From Anthoceros angustus (lineage: Eukaryota > Plantae > Anthocerotophyta): a stretch of 64,000 bases of DNA. How positions within the stretch are numbered: position 1 is the first letter of the stretch; the number at the start of each line of letters is the position of its first letter. The stretch spans positions 328,248-392,247 of the forward strand of contig MU008199.1 of NCBI GenBank assembly GCA_010909165.1, written 5' to 3'. The translations under genes were made by a program, and so were the position numbers. Below are positions 24,030 through 36,850 of this stretch, in pieces. A model generated the notes under the pieces. That model saw only the letters and a program-made list of their open reading frames with translations. It made no database searches and was not told the DNA's origin.

Positions 24030-25874
24030 TCACAATCGGTGGGACAGAAACTCAGCCTCTTCAGGCTGGCCGTCAACTTCCTCACTTTCATGTTCCTCCT
24101 CCTCTTCCTGAGCATCTGGATCCAGGCCCTTCATCAGTATTGCCAGCCTGTCGGACCCCTTCTTGGCAGCATCATTCAGCGGGTTGATGCTCAGGGCAGC
24201 TTGGTAGTGCGACAGAGACTCCCCTATCCTGTTGGTGGACGCCAGGACTTGAGCCAGCTTGGTGTGCAGAGCATCGTCGGCACAGTTCTTGAGGTACCTA
24301 CGCAGCAACGCCATTGCCTCCTCCACTCTCCCGTCCTTTCCGTTGAGATCAGCCAGTGACAAGACAGCTCCCAGGTAGCCAGGCTCCAGTCGCAATGCCG
24401 ACTCATAGAACTTGCGGGCCTTCTCCCGCCCATCCTGAGTGTGTGCATACACTTCCCCTACGAGAGTGAGTGCTTTGGCAGAGTGGGGCATGGCCTTCAT
24501 GGCCTCTCGGGCTACACACAGGGCCTCCTTCTGCTTGGACAGCGTCAGGTACGCCCGCACGAGGCCCTGGTAAGACCTGAGGTCTGCCTTCAGGGACTGC
24601 GCCTTCCTGAAGGCTATCACGGCTGCCTCATGCCGGTTGAGAGCCAGAGACAGGTTCCCCTTCATGATGTACGCAGTGGTGTGTCTCTCGTCCAGCTGCA
24701 CACTCTTGTCCGTGTAGGTCAGGGCTCTTTGCTTGTCCTCCTGCATGTCCCAGTACACCGCCGATGCCACCCACACCTCGGGCCGGGCATGGTCGATGGC
24801 CAGCATGTCATGGAGCAGCCGGTTGAGCTCCATATTGTCGCCCTTCTGCCGCAGCAACAATGCATACTCATCCATGCCCGTCAGGCTGTAGTGGTCCAGC
24901 TGCCGGGCCTTCTCGAAGCTGTGCAGCGCCTGGTCCGTCATGCCCAGGGCTGTCTCTGCCTTGGCAGTCTCCAGCTGGATGTGGAGGTTGCTGGGAAAGC
25001 GCTGCCCCAGAGTGGTGAAGAGCTCCAGCCCTCCCTTGTGGTCGTGCTGCGCGATGCCGCAGTGGCCCTCGGCGAAGGTATGCAGCCACCGCAGCTGCTC
25101 CATGTGCTCTGCAGCAGGCCTCCCCACCTTGCCTGCAGCCTGGGGGAAGAGCATGCATATCTCCTTGGCAGGCACCCCGAGCTCCGCCAGCGCAATGGTA
25201 GCCTCCAGAAGGTAAGGGCACTGCCGCAGGCACTCCCGGTACGAGGCGATGGACGCCCTCTCGTACCCCGTCATGCGATACAGCTTGGCCAAGGCCAGGT
25301 TGATCCTCAGCGTCCTGGACCTGGGAGGAATGCCCTCCATCTCCGACAAGGCGGCCCGCACATCGCGCACCGCCAGATTGCACAGCCCAATTTTGTACTT
25401 CACCTCGTTCTCATTGACGTGCGAGAAGGCAGCAGCAGAGTTGGCCATGGGCCTAGCTCCCGGCGCCCCGGCCATCCTGCCCCCGCCCCCGTTCACCTTG
25501 GGGCTCATCTTGCAGTGCTGCAGAGCCTGCCTGTACGCGCTGAGAGCCCGTCTGTGCTCCTTCCTCCCGTACAGCGCATCTCCGAACAGCACCAAGTTCT
25601 CGGCCCTGGAGGCCGCCAAGGCATCCCCGCTGCCCGCCCCTGACACGGACATCAGGAAGCTTCCCAGCAGCTCTGCGGAGTCGTACAAACCCTGATCCAG
25701 CAGCAGCACCATCTGCTCCCGGATGGCCTCCATGCTTGCCCCGGACCCGTCCGGTGAATCGCCCGCAAAGTCGCCTGCCACTGGACCCATAACATGCGCC
25801 CGATTTCCCACGCCGTACTGTTGATTCATGCCTGTCTGCAGCATCTGCATCTGCCCCTGCATCTGGAACTGCAT
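24030..25874 (-). CDS. APC7: Anaphase-promoting complex subunit 7 (TPR protein), intronless CDS
   Basis: MEAIREQM..GLYDSAELLGSFL, ENEVKYKIGLC, YRECLRQCPY, multiple TPRs and an acidic tail. First ATG at 25874 follows a pyrimidine tract and CAG (likely 5'UTR acceptor), so the start is uncertain. Confidence 0.88.
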   Translation of the reverse strand: MQFQMQGQMQMLQTGMNQQYGVGNRAHVMGPVAGDFAGDSPDGSGASMEAIREQMVLLLDQGLYDSAELLGSFLMSVSGAGSGDALAASRAENLVLFGDALYGRKEHRRALSAYRQALQHCKMSPKVNGGGGRMAGAPGARPMANSAAAFSHVNENEVKYKIGLCNLAVRDVRAALSEMEGIPPRSRTLRINLALAKLYRMTGYERASIASYRECLRQCPYLLEATIALAELGVPAKEICMLFPQAAGKVGRPAAEHMEQLRWLHTFAEGHCGIAQHDHKGGLELFTTLGQRFPSNLHIQLETAKAETALGMTDQALHSFEKARQLDHYSLTGMDEYALLLRQKGDNMELNRLLHDMLAIDHARPEVWVASAVYWDMQEDKQRALTYTDKSVQLDERHTTAYIMKGNLSLALNRHEAAVIAFRKAQSLKADLRSYQGLVRAYLTLSKQKEALCVAREAMKAMPHSAKALTLVGEVYAHTQDGREKARKFYESALRLEPGYLGAVLSLADLNGKDGRVEEAMALLRRYLKNCADDALHTKLAQVLASTNRIGESLSHYQAALSINPLNDAAKKGSDRLAILMKGLDPDAQEEEEEHESEEVDGQPEEAEFLSHRL

Positions 25875-26151
25875 TTGCGCCTGCACCTGCAGCAGGCACA
25901 GACTAGAGGAAGGAGAAGGGGCAGCATGGGCAGCCCTCCCGACGCCATCCCTACCATTTCATACACCAAACCCGCCGATTACGCCCACCAAAAACAGAAA
26001 CACGCTGCAGAGCTTCCGCCAACGCAACGCAAAGGCAAAGCCAGCGGCTAGTGTGCTGTTTCCACCGTGTCTTTCGGTGCTGCCACAAGTTAATAAAAGT
26101 CCGCTGTGTTCCTTTGCTGGCTGCCCCTTGGTTTTCTCTCATGAGCAGGCT

Positions 26152-29100
26152 ATGGCAAGCATGAGCTGTGGCCTCTCCGTGTTGCTGCCTTCCCTCTTGA
26201 CGCCACCCTTCTCCGGGGCCCGCCTGCGTTTCCGTGAGTATCCCTGCACGTTGTTTCTACCACTAGTCTTGGAACGTTCACTTGAATGTGGTGATGGACG
26301 TTAACGATGACAAGCCTTCCATGGTGGCTTGGGATGAGATTTTTTTCTCCACGTGCATGCTGTCGGCTGGATGCACTGTGTCCCTCCAGACTTTGACATG
26401 GGTATCATGCCTGCAAATGCGACGTCATCATTAGTGGGTGCAGGTTTTCCTGAGCGGCTTTGGTCTCATTGGAGCGCTTCCACTTCGAGGCCTTCGACAG
26501 GAAGAAAGCCGAGAGTGAGGGCCACTTTGACTGAGGAGCCTGTCTTGGGTACTCGAAGGCAGATAATGTTCAGAGACGCCTCTCATCTCCTCAAAACCAA
26601 TCCGTCCAATGTATGTATGCTACCTGTCACGTCTGTTGTCAGTCATTATTCTCTAAGCTTTCTGCCTCTCCCAATCTTACCACGTGTGTGAAATTTGCGC
26701 AGCTGCATTACGGAGTGTGTGTTTCTGATTTTGATGGAGATGGGGAAATGGAGCTCTTTGTTTGCGGATTTGGGAACGAGAATCAGCTTCTGAAGGTGAG
26801 AATCACTTGCGTCCAATTATGCAGTCTGCTTGAAATATTCTAGGGCAGCCAGTTGATAGTAGAAAGAAGGTTGTAAGCTACATTGGACATGAAACAACTG
26901 TTGGCCTGATGGACGATCCGAATGCCTCTGCAGTGGACGGGTGAGGAGCTTGTGAACGTGGCAACTGGTACTCCGCTGGAAGACCCGGACAGGAAGGCCA
27001 TTGGTGTAGCTGCTGCTGACTTTGATGGAGATGGACGTGAAGAGGTATGCCTGGAGCACTGTCATCATGCAGACGTTGGGACGTAATTGTAGGAGATAGT
27101 GAACCGCCCCCCTGTGCCTGCGTAGGTGTACATTCTCAATACAGACACATTTCTTGGCCGGAAGGAGGTCTCAGATCGCTTGTTTGACAATCAAGAAGGA
27201 AGGTTGGAAGTCTGAGTGTGCCCAGAGCTAGGTTTTTGACACACATGTTTTGTGAATTCTTGCCACAACACTGTTAATTGGTGCGCAGGTGGGTTGATCT
27301 TTTCTCCATTCCTATGAATATGGATGAGTCAAACATGTGTGCTGGCCGATCAGTGTGCTGTGTTGACCGAAAGGGAACAGGCAGGTACTACGAACTCAGC
27401 AATCAATGAATGGAATGAACCAAAACCACAGAATCGGGTGTTGTCATTTATCTCCAGTCACATGACACGGCTCCCTCCCCTCTTGCAATTCTCATATGTA
27501 TTTTGTTCATTCTTCAGGTATGGCTTCTTTGTAGCCAACTATGGCGGTCTTATGAAGGTATGAGCTTTCTGGAGTCGAAGAAACCTTGCATAATATCCCA
27601 CACTGGGATCTTCTACTGAATATTTGAGGTGTGCCCTTGTTTTGTTGCCGCCATGTCTACAAACAAGAGCAGCTGTTTGAACTATCTGAAGACAACTTTG
27701 TGGTGGACGTGGCCCCAGAAGCAGGGCTTATAACTTATCCAACTGGTGGCCGTGCACTTGTTTCTCTTCCTCTTGTTTCTGGCCATGATATGGATATTTT
27801 TGCTGGCAACGAGGTAACCAGGTTGACCAGGAGCGTTGATGAACCTAATCATTTACAGCTTGTATCCCTGTTCTCGAGTTTCCTAGCTTGCTTACCAGTT
27901 GATATTTAAAGCAAAGTAAGCTCAAACTGGCCTGTCATCAGGGTGGGGCTAACTTTCTGTTTCGACATAAGAACGATGGTACTGGAAAATACGAAGAATG
28001 TGCTGGGGAGTACGGGTAAGAAAAGCTACAAGACTTGTTGCTAGGGTCCAAATAGTATCAGGTCTGTGCTTAGAGTTGATGGAAGGTTGTGGCACTTGTC
28101 GAATCCCTAAAGTTGCTTTGTGTTGCAGGCTCACAGATTCACTAGAACACTGTAGGGGCGTTGCAGTTGTTGATTTCCATGGAGAGCTTGGACTGGCTTG
28201 TGGCAACTGGCAGGTACTTTTGTGAGCGGATTGATTCTTTCATTACGTCTGTGGATATTCCCTGATTCTATCTGCAATGACAGGGCCCGCATAGGCTCTT
28301 TGCGCCAGATGGGCCTGGTCCTCGAGGAGGAGCAAGAGCTCTTGGTTTCAGGGATGCCTCTGCAGATGCTGGAGGGTTCAAGGACATTGCCCCCCCAGAG
28401 ATGGCAGTCAGATCAGCCATACGTACCGTCATTGCTGCTGATTTTGATAATGATGGCTATGAGGAGCTTTTCTTCAACAATATCGGTTCTGGCAACAAGC
28501 TTTTCCGCCAGGTACTCCGGATTCTTGCAGTACGCAATGTCTGGTTTTACATGCCAATCAGTATCAAGCTCAATAAGTGATGTCTTTTCAGGATAGACAG
28601 GGAAACTGGGTGGAAGCAGACATTGGGGATGCGAAGGAGCCAGAAGGACTCGGGACGGGCGCTGCAGTGGCTGATGTTGATGGAGATGGTCGACTGGAGC
28701 TACTCATGTAAGCTGAATTTTCCTTTCAATAGGAAGTACTGATGCTCCTCTACTTCATCCATAAACATCATTTGAAACAGGCTGCATGGATGCTTCTTCT
28801 GAAATCAGAGCCCATGGAGAGCTACGTGCGCAGCCTCTTTCTTTCTATCACAGCCCGGAGAACGACAATTCATGGATCCGTGTGAAGCCTCTTACCAAAC
28901 AGGTCACTATTTCACAGCCTCACTCTCGCACAGCCCTTCGTTCTGGTTCATGCAGCTCTTTGACATTTGCAGATCGTTGTGCTCTCCTGCTGTAGGGTGC
29001 ACCAGCCAGAGGATCGTCGGTAAAACTATATGACGAGACTGGTCGAGTGCAGAAGCGTGTGATAGATGCAGGAAGGTAGGCTTCTGAAATCATGCTTGCT

Positions 29101-29504
29101 GCCATTCTTGAGACAACCTGTGAGCTGAAAAACTGCTTGATCACGATTGGTGGCCTTCCGACTGATAAGTGCTTGATCACGGATTGTGGCCTTCCTACTG
29201 ATAAGTTTTTACCTCTGTGCATGTCACAGTGGGTACTTGTGCTGCATGGAGGTAAGTCAGTTTTTATGTTGTGGCCCGTTTCCTCCTATGGTAGAGAGCT
29301 GCTTCGCAAGTGACGCCTTGAATACTGAGAAAAAAATGTTCGGCCTTACAGCCGGTGGCTCATTTTGGCCTGGGCCAACTGCGGGGTCCTGTGAAGCTGC
29401 AAGTGACATGGCCCGATGGTACTATGGTAACGATGGAGGCTGTTAAATCGAACCAGTCAGTTTCAGTGCCTTATCCTTCATCCACATCTCCTCCCGCAAC
29501 TTGA
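26152..29504 (+). CDS. CRTAC1-like FG-GAP repeat / ASPIC-UnbV protein with N-terminal transit-peptide-like leader, ~16 exons
   Basis: Spliced exons give YGVCVSDFDGDGEMELFVCG, AIGVAAADFDGDGREEVYILNT, AGRSVCCVDRKGTGRYGFFVANYG, RTVIAADFDNDGYEELFFNNI, GTGAAVADVDGDGRLELL, GAPARG, IDAGSGYLCCMEPVAHFGLG and VTWPDG. Includes a 22-nt microexon at 29230-29251; stop at 29502-29504. Confidence 0.88.
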
Positions 29505-29712
29505 ACACGAACAAGAAGCATCCCCCTTGGAACAGACTCCAAATGTAAACCCTCCTTTTGGCCCAAGTGGCCTACTAGACACAACTTTGTGATCAATGCT
29601 TCAGCTGTTTGTTCATAGACCGTCTCACTGCCGTTTCCCCGTCCGTATCCTAGCGCACGACTCCTCCACTCACTGCTGACTGCTCTATCTTGGTCGAATA
29701 TCCAACGCTAGC

Positions 29713-31596
29713 ATGGCCTGTGGTCTCAATGTGCGTGTACTTCATCGTCAGCAGCAGCAATTCGAAATTGGCAAATGCTGCCGGGGCCGCGTGGGGCTGG
29801 CACCGTCGGTCACCTGGTTCTCGTGCCCCACGTTGGGCCTCTCTACTACGCTGGTCAGTGGCGAACAGAGGTGCACAACAAGGGCTGTGTCATCTATGCG
29901 GGTAACTGGGCGCGGATGATTCTTTCCTCTTCTTCCCAAAGACAGCAAGCATGTCTACCAATACCGAGGTCCTCACTTTCTTTGGAGGCCAGGTATTGGT
30001 GTGAATTTCGTCCTGCATAAAATAGAACTCTTATTGCTTGAACATTGTCACAGGTTGCATGCAGCAGAAAGGATGTTCTGGACACCCCCATTAGCAGGAG
30101 ACTAGCTCTCCTGATAGCAATCGGCATTCCAGCGTCACCAGCGTTTGCTTATGGGCAGGATCCACCTGTTGGAAATGCTGTCCTGCGCAGTCTTGGGATA
30201 GGAGACCCGGATATTTACTACCCACGGTATTTCTTCCACACCCGTAACTCTGCCTTGGCTACATCTGTCCATCACGCCTGCATTTTATTAGCGCATTCCT
30301 TCTCAAACTCAGATTCTTTGAGGGCGTCTGGGACTGCTTTTCAACTCTACTTTCCGTGGATACACCTCAGGTGGGGTTGCCAGCGTTGTGCTGATTGTGA
30401 CGTAGGATAGAGGAAACGCAATCAAGCATTCATAGCAATTCTTGATGCAGTGCTTATTGTGTTTTCCTTGGCAACTTGTAGGGGGATGACAAGGTGGATT
30501 TGAAGAGCGTCAACTTCTCTAGAAAGCAGATAGGATACACGGTATGTCTGGCCTTTCAGTCTGTTGTGTGCCCCTACCTGTAATTTCCTGTAAAAATCCT
30601 GGTCGTGAGGCATCCTGTCGTGAACTGTCATTTTTTGCACTGCTCATGCATGTTTCAGCTTATTCATTCATAGGAACCAAGCAGGTGGTGTACAAGGCAC
30701 GGTTTATCCCCTATGAGTCCAATATTATCGGTGACAGGCTGTTTACGACAAAGGTGCAGTTCCTCACAGACAGGTGTCGCAAAGTTTGTCTGATCCTACT
30801 ACCACACATACTCAAACTGACAAACGTGTGCAACTGCAGTCTTTGGTCGAATCCACAGTGGGACAGGATGTAATAACAAGTAGCAGCTGGTCACCAAAAC
30901 GACCAAATCGGCTGTCACTCGAATTACGTGGAGGATCTAAGGTAAATGTCACTAGGTCTGTGATTCTCCAGTCCCCTCTTTCCTGTTACCGCTCTGTGAA
31001 AACTTAAAAATTTCTGCAGGTGGAGAATTTGGTCACCAAGAGGTCTGCAGGCATGTCAGCTCCTGGACAATTTGATACCTCAGAGTATTCCAAGCAGGTT
31101 TGCTATTTGCAGGGCACCTATTCCATGGACCCTTTAAAGTTCGATGTAGGACAGAAAATTTGTTGAAGGCGAAGCTGGTAACTCTTGTTGTAAAAATTGG
31201 TCAGGTCTTCGATACCAGAAGAGGTGGGCCGCCTTCTGTGAAGGTATGTATGCGTCCCAGTTAACCTCCACCACATTCCACGATCAGGTTCCAGGCATGT
31301 ACCAATGAAATGTGCTGCTGAGCACAGGCCAGCCGAAATTTAACACGATATCGTTGGGATCCAACAGAGCAGACCGTATCTGCTATAGAGGTGATACCAC
31401 AGCCTTGTAATTTACCTGTTCTCCCTGACCGAATGTATGCACATCGTAACCGGAATGGGGGGCTTGGCTGCAGGCGGTACAGCGTGTGGCGATGTATCCT
31501 GTTCCTGGAAGCGAGCTAGACACCATGGATATTTTTAGCATGGCAAACCCTGTTACCATCTACAGATACATTGTTCAATTCCGTCGGAGCTCCTAG
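29713..31596 (+). CDS. Putative thylakoid-lumen protein, DUF6816-like, ~10 exons
   Basis: Transit-like exon 1, then SRRLALLIAIGIPASPAFA (twin-Arg, hydrophobic core, AxA). Later exons give DIYYPRFFEGVWDCFSTL, YKARF..IIGDRLF, FDTSEYSKQ and IYRYIVQFRRSS-stop at 31594-31596. The family name is from memory of the motif pattern. Confidence 0.7.
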
Positions 31597-32299
31597 TCCA
31601 AGCCATCAGATGTTAGGAAGGCATCTTGTTACCATTTGCTTCTGAAAAGAATCGCCCGCCTGGTCCCCAAGAACATGACTTCCTGTGAAATTCGTGAATG
31701 CTTAACTCCATAAGAAGTCAATGACCATGGATAGTATTAGAATAATAGCAAGCTCGGGCACTAGTTAGGGCACACTTCGACTTCATCACCAAACAGGCAC
31801 ATATCGGACGGTTACGGTCAAGCTCCGCCTCACCTTCGCTCTTGAAAACGCTTGGCTTGTACATACGCTTTACTCCCTGATCAATCCAGCGATGTCACAG
31901 ACTACCACGAACATTTTCATGGTATCATAGCATGTGCAGCGTAGACCCATGTCAGGCTCTCAGAGAGCGACAACGCCTTTTAAGAAGAGCCGACAGAATC
32001 AACCAACAATTGGAATCGCAGAGGGAATTCAGAGAGATTGCCTATCTCAAAGAGGCAAACGAAAACCTATGGGTCTATAGCTGGATAAGAATATCGTCAA
32101 CCCTTCTCCTCGTAGGAGAGAACCTGTTCCTGCGAGGATACCTAGAACCCCAAGAGTATGACTAGTCTTACATCCAAGTGTCGGAAAACTCAAAGAATCA
32201 GCAATGATACGGGAGTTCACACTAATCTTTGTTGCATTCTCCCAACCTCATGCTCCGGAATCCTTTATTGGCATATCCAGCGATACAGTATACTCAGGG

Positions 32300-34500
32300 C
32301 AGTCACTGCTTTGTACACTGATGGCTTGATTCGTCCACTGATGGCTTGATTCGTCCCCGTAAGACAATAGGAAAATAAATCTCCATAACAACATGCCAAT
32401 CATGAGCTTTCAGTTTACCCGAAAACAGTTTTGCAGCGATGTTTGATGCGTATCCAGTTGGTAACCTAATGGCTTGCATTTCCGCAAAAAACCATATCCA
32501 AGTCAGGCTTCGACAAGACATAAGGAGCAGGCAAGAAGGTCTTTGTATTCCCTAGTAATGGCCATAGCTCTTGCTTGCCCCCATATTCCTCCATGTCTAA
32601 ACGGGATTTTAGATCATCTTTCTCTCCTATGAAGGTCTGCCAAAAATCCTCGGCATGTTCTTCTCAATGTGTATCACATCCTTTTGTGTTCAATTCAGCA
32701 TATGTCTCTAGTACGGCAGGTAATCCAACCGTATGCTTTTGCGGCGGGTCCCAAACTTGCCTCTTTCCCTCAACTCCCGGACTGTTGCATCCTCTCTCTT
32801 TTTCATATCCGCCATGAGTTCATCAAATGATGGGGGTTGTGGACGAGGATGCCGCTCCTCTTCATTATTGTAACACTCCATGTCCACCCGCCACATTGGA
32901 TGATTGGGCGGAAGCCACCGCCGGGAGCCAAGGTACTCCTCTTCTGAATGTGGTGGGCCCAGCAAGAGTCTAAGCCATCCCAACAATCTACAGATGCCCT
33001 GGAACCCTTCACCTGAAAGCCGGTGAGTGTGCCAATACCCGGATAATCAGCTATTGTGTGCAACACAGCTACTCGCAACATGAAGCGGCGACGCGGACTG
33101 TCCGCTAGGAAAGAAAAGTCGTCCATAGGGATCCCATGCCACAAGTCTCTCAACTGCTCCAATAGAGGGTCCTTGTATACATCAAAGTTCGGCACAATGT
33201 GAGGGTCCGGCATTATAAGCGGCCTAATGATATAAGCGGCCTTGGTGCTTAGCCATGGTGGAAGGTTATGCAAGAATAACATAACAGGCCCACATATGTC
33301 GTTCACGACATGTGTCCAAATGGGTTAAACCCATCCGTTGCAAGAGCGAGGCGGATGTTCCTGGGTTCACAACCAAAGCCATCCAATCCATTTAAAACCT
33401 CCCACGCCGGTGTTTCAGCCATTATGCCCATGGACCCATCGATGCTCCCCATATCCATGTATGCTGTCATTAGCCTTGCAACCTTTAGTGCTCTAAACAT
33501 TCGGGCAAGCCTATCCTTCAGCAGAAAATGCTATATAACTGTCCTGGGAGCTCTCCTCGTGCCGTTTGGCAATCCGCTGCCCTCGACATATCTGTCTGCA
33601 TCACATTTTATGCTTTGCTCATCTTGCGCATATGGGCCCCGAAATAGAAGGCAGTCATTTACACAGGCATGAATCTTCTTGAAGTGCGGCCCAAAGGAAT
33701 ACAATGTCTTTTTAGCCTCTGTCATCGACTTCGACAACAAATTGCCTTCACACAACAAATGGAGCCCAACTACTTGCAATAAATCACTCATGAACACGTT
33801 AGATATGCAACATGATTGAATGGAAAGCAGGAGCAGGGTGGCAGTTAAGTGGGACTCTTTTGATGTGCAAGGTTACTGATGAACAAATTTCGGCTGACTG
33901 TCGCGGATGCTCTCCGCGGTACGTCTGGGACATCAGCAGCGGCCATGATGTCATCCAAGTCGACGACCAACGGCGCGCCATACTGGATCGCTGCATGCAC
34001 TTCCACCTCGATTCGCGCAGCATCATGCGTATTACGCGAGGCATGGCCTCTCTGTCTTGTGCATTCAACAAATCTGGCATTGGTTCCCCGTTATGAACCG
34101 TCTGGTCCGCGGGTTCTTCTGCATTCCCATTTACACCCGCAAATCCGGCATCATGGTGGAGAGCAACTGTTGGAAGATCTTCTGGCCCTACATTTGGATT
34201 CAAAGGCGGATGTCCATGGCCAGCATCATGTACAAGGGCAACGGCCTACGGGAAAACATTAATGCAAGCATGAGGTGTATCATACAAATTATCATTCTCA
34301 GTAACTAAAGGGCTGATAAAAAACCTTGTCATACACACCTGGTGGAACCAAGACCGGATCATTTGCTGGCAGTGATGAGCGGAAATGTGTGCTAGAATTT
34401 TAATAGTGCTTCCTTCACAACTCGGCCATGGACAATACATGTACGTTGTCAATTCTGAATCCGCTCTTCGGACCATTGTGGCGGGAGAGTTCACATTCAA
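32300..34500 (-). mobile_element. Degenerate CACTA (En/Spm) transposase remnant
   Basis: Transposase_21-type motifs KKIHACVNDCLLFRG, EPRNIRLALATDGFNPFG, NLPPWL, LHTIADYPGIG and the later LPTGYASNI..LKAHDWHV. Stops and frameshifts throughout; ends undefined. Confidence 0.88.
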
Positions 34501-36211
34501 ACTCGTTGTACCCTGCATCGAGGATGTTCTGCGATCCCGCGAGCAGTCTGTGCCTCATCAAGAGGTCCCAAAGTTCGTCAAGAGGGGTTGGTCTATCCAT
34601 GCCGTTGTATGTCAGCGAGTGGCCGCTGGACACAACCAAGGCTTGAGAGCCTCTGCGTGAAACAAGCAAACATATTACTCACCAATTTAGTATCCAGCTT
34701 ATCACCCATATTGCATGGCTAGTGAGGATGACCAAGAATTTTGAATGTGAAGTGGTGAAGGACACGTTGTAACATACTTACTTGGGCAGGGTCTATCCGT
34801 ATTCATGCAGGCCCGATGACCTGGAGTCACCTCCGCCTTTGCACTAATACCCTCGAGGCGGCTCCATTATCTACCCTCTAGATCTACTCGTCACAATTTG
34901 TGGCAATGGGGGCTCGGGCACACGCAGCCCCTTCCCAGCACAAACCTAAGCGGTATATGATTCAGAGTTTATAATCTTCTTGGTGCCTTCACCAGTGCTG
35001 TGGGTGACTTGCATGGCCCTCGCCACAAATTCTCATTAGACCCTAAACAATAGTGTCAGAGCATAATTGCCCTCATCATGGTACAATTGCCCTTACGCTT
35101 CCTTCACTCACAATTTTGTGTTTCCTGGCTCAAATTGTCCAAGAGTGGACATGCCAGCATATCTCTTGATGACTAAATTCTTCCATTCGTATTTTAAATT
35201 AATTAGTGTATAGAAATATATAATAGAAATTTTAAGTTTTTTAACAGAAGCATCCTATGGACTTGACAACTCAACATAATTTGAAGAGTTTGGGAGAATG
35301 ATCAAGAATATTCCTATTAGATATTGTATTTTATTGAGGGAAAAAACGATGGGGAAAATCCCATCCAGCACGGGACAATGAAGGTAGATCTCGGGGGTCA
35401 AGGTGAAAAAGAGCGACAAAGCTCCTTACCTAAAGTTACCTATTTAAGATGGATTTATATGTTCTTCTCGACAAAATGATGGTTTGGTGTTTCATATATA
35501 TAAATGTATGAAGAAAAGATACACGTGAATGAAACAACGCATAATTCTTTGTACCTTATAAATATCTTACGTACCCGCAAGTAGATGGAATTAGAAAAAA
35601 AACACACAAGATAATTAAACTTGGTCACAATGATTTTTTGTGAAAAAATTATTAAATAAATTCAAAACCTATTTGAGCCTGATTACTAGGAATTTTATAG
35701 AGAAAATTACAGCAAAGGAATACGCAAAAGAACACTAAAAGGCCCGACATACACCAGGCTTAACAAGCGTGTCCCTCTAGGCTCCAAGTTGTGCAGATGA
35801 CAAAGTTGACATCACATTTACACAGCCAATATATCATGTATCCCATCAATTATTTTAAGAAGTTGAGGTTTTTCACATAAAACCCCTTCACTTGATAAAC
35901 ACTCCATCCAGAAGCACTAAGATGCGAGTACTTTTCCTCTTTTGTAGGTCACGACCACTGTAATTCTATCAACTCATCCTCTTTTTAATTTTTGCTCAAT
36001 CTTTGTTTCATACATAGTGAGTTTTTTTCTATTTTTTTATTTTTCAATTATCTCACCTAAGGCAAAATTTTTGGAGGTGAGAAATAAACTGGAGTAAGGT
36101 TTTGTGAAGTTGAATAAATTAGTATACAATATAAGTTTTCAAAAATGATTGCCAAATTGAAAGACTTGACTCCTAGATGTTTAGAAGCCTCTATCTGACT
36201 AATAATATGGT

Positions 36212-36850
36212 CTAATGTTCTAAAATTATTTCTATTTCACTAGATTTTGGTACAAAAACCTCGTCCATATCAAGAACAAATCTATCAATGGGACAGGTTT
36301 TTGAAATTAAAAGCCAGCGGTCAATACATTCACGGTGGTAGAAATGAGAACATCTAGGCAATTTTCGTAGTTCTTGTGCATCCTCAAATTGGTGAAGACA
36401 TATGCAACATTCTCCGGTAGTTTTCATCTCTTTGTTGTATAAGATTATTGGAATAATTTCATTTAATTTATCCAAATCAAAGTGTTGTTGTTGCATAACT
36501 GCATGTTCTATTCTGGCTTGAGGACTCTGAATATTTTCGTGATATGTCCAATCATGACGCATTGCATCTTGTGATAATACAACATTAGACAACAATAGCA
36601 TGCGCGAAGTTGTCATGAATGTAGGATCCTGAATGATTTCATAATTAATTCTATCACGACCCAGTACATCATTTAATATTGTCACACCAAACAATAGAGA
36701 ACGTAGTAGTAAGCATATGACCATGATGATGAACACAATTATAAGCACCATAACCAGTATCCACATAGGTGTCAATGTGAACACTTGATTGGCTGCATTC
36801 TTTGTCATTTGCACAATGCCATTGGCAGACATTGTTAATATGCGCCGCAT
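36212..36850 (-). CDS. ATL-like transmembrane RING-H2 E3 ubiquitin ligase
   Basis: N-terminal TM helix, DLDKLNEIIPIILY, and CCICLHQFEDAQELRKLPRCSHFYHRECIDRWLLISKTCPIDR. Confidence 0.88.
   Translation of the reverse strand: MRRILTMSANGIVQMTKNAANQVFTLTPMWILVMVLIIVFIIMVICLLLRSLLFGVTILNDVLGRDRINYEIIQDPTFMTTSRMLLLSNVVLSQDAMRHDWTYHENIQSPQARIEHAVMQQQHFDLDKLNEIIPIILYNKEMKTTGECCICLHQFEDAQELRKLPRCSHFYHRECIDRWLLISKTCPIDRFVLDMDEVFVPKSSEIEIILEH

Noticed and set aside
31759-34724. CACTAG...CTAGTG as termini of the CACTA element
   Set aside because: Only 6 bp of inverted identity, and the flanking triplets (GGG versus AGG) do not form a clean TSD.
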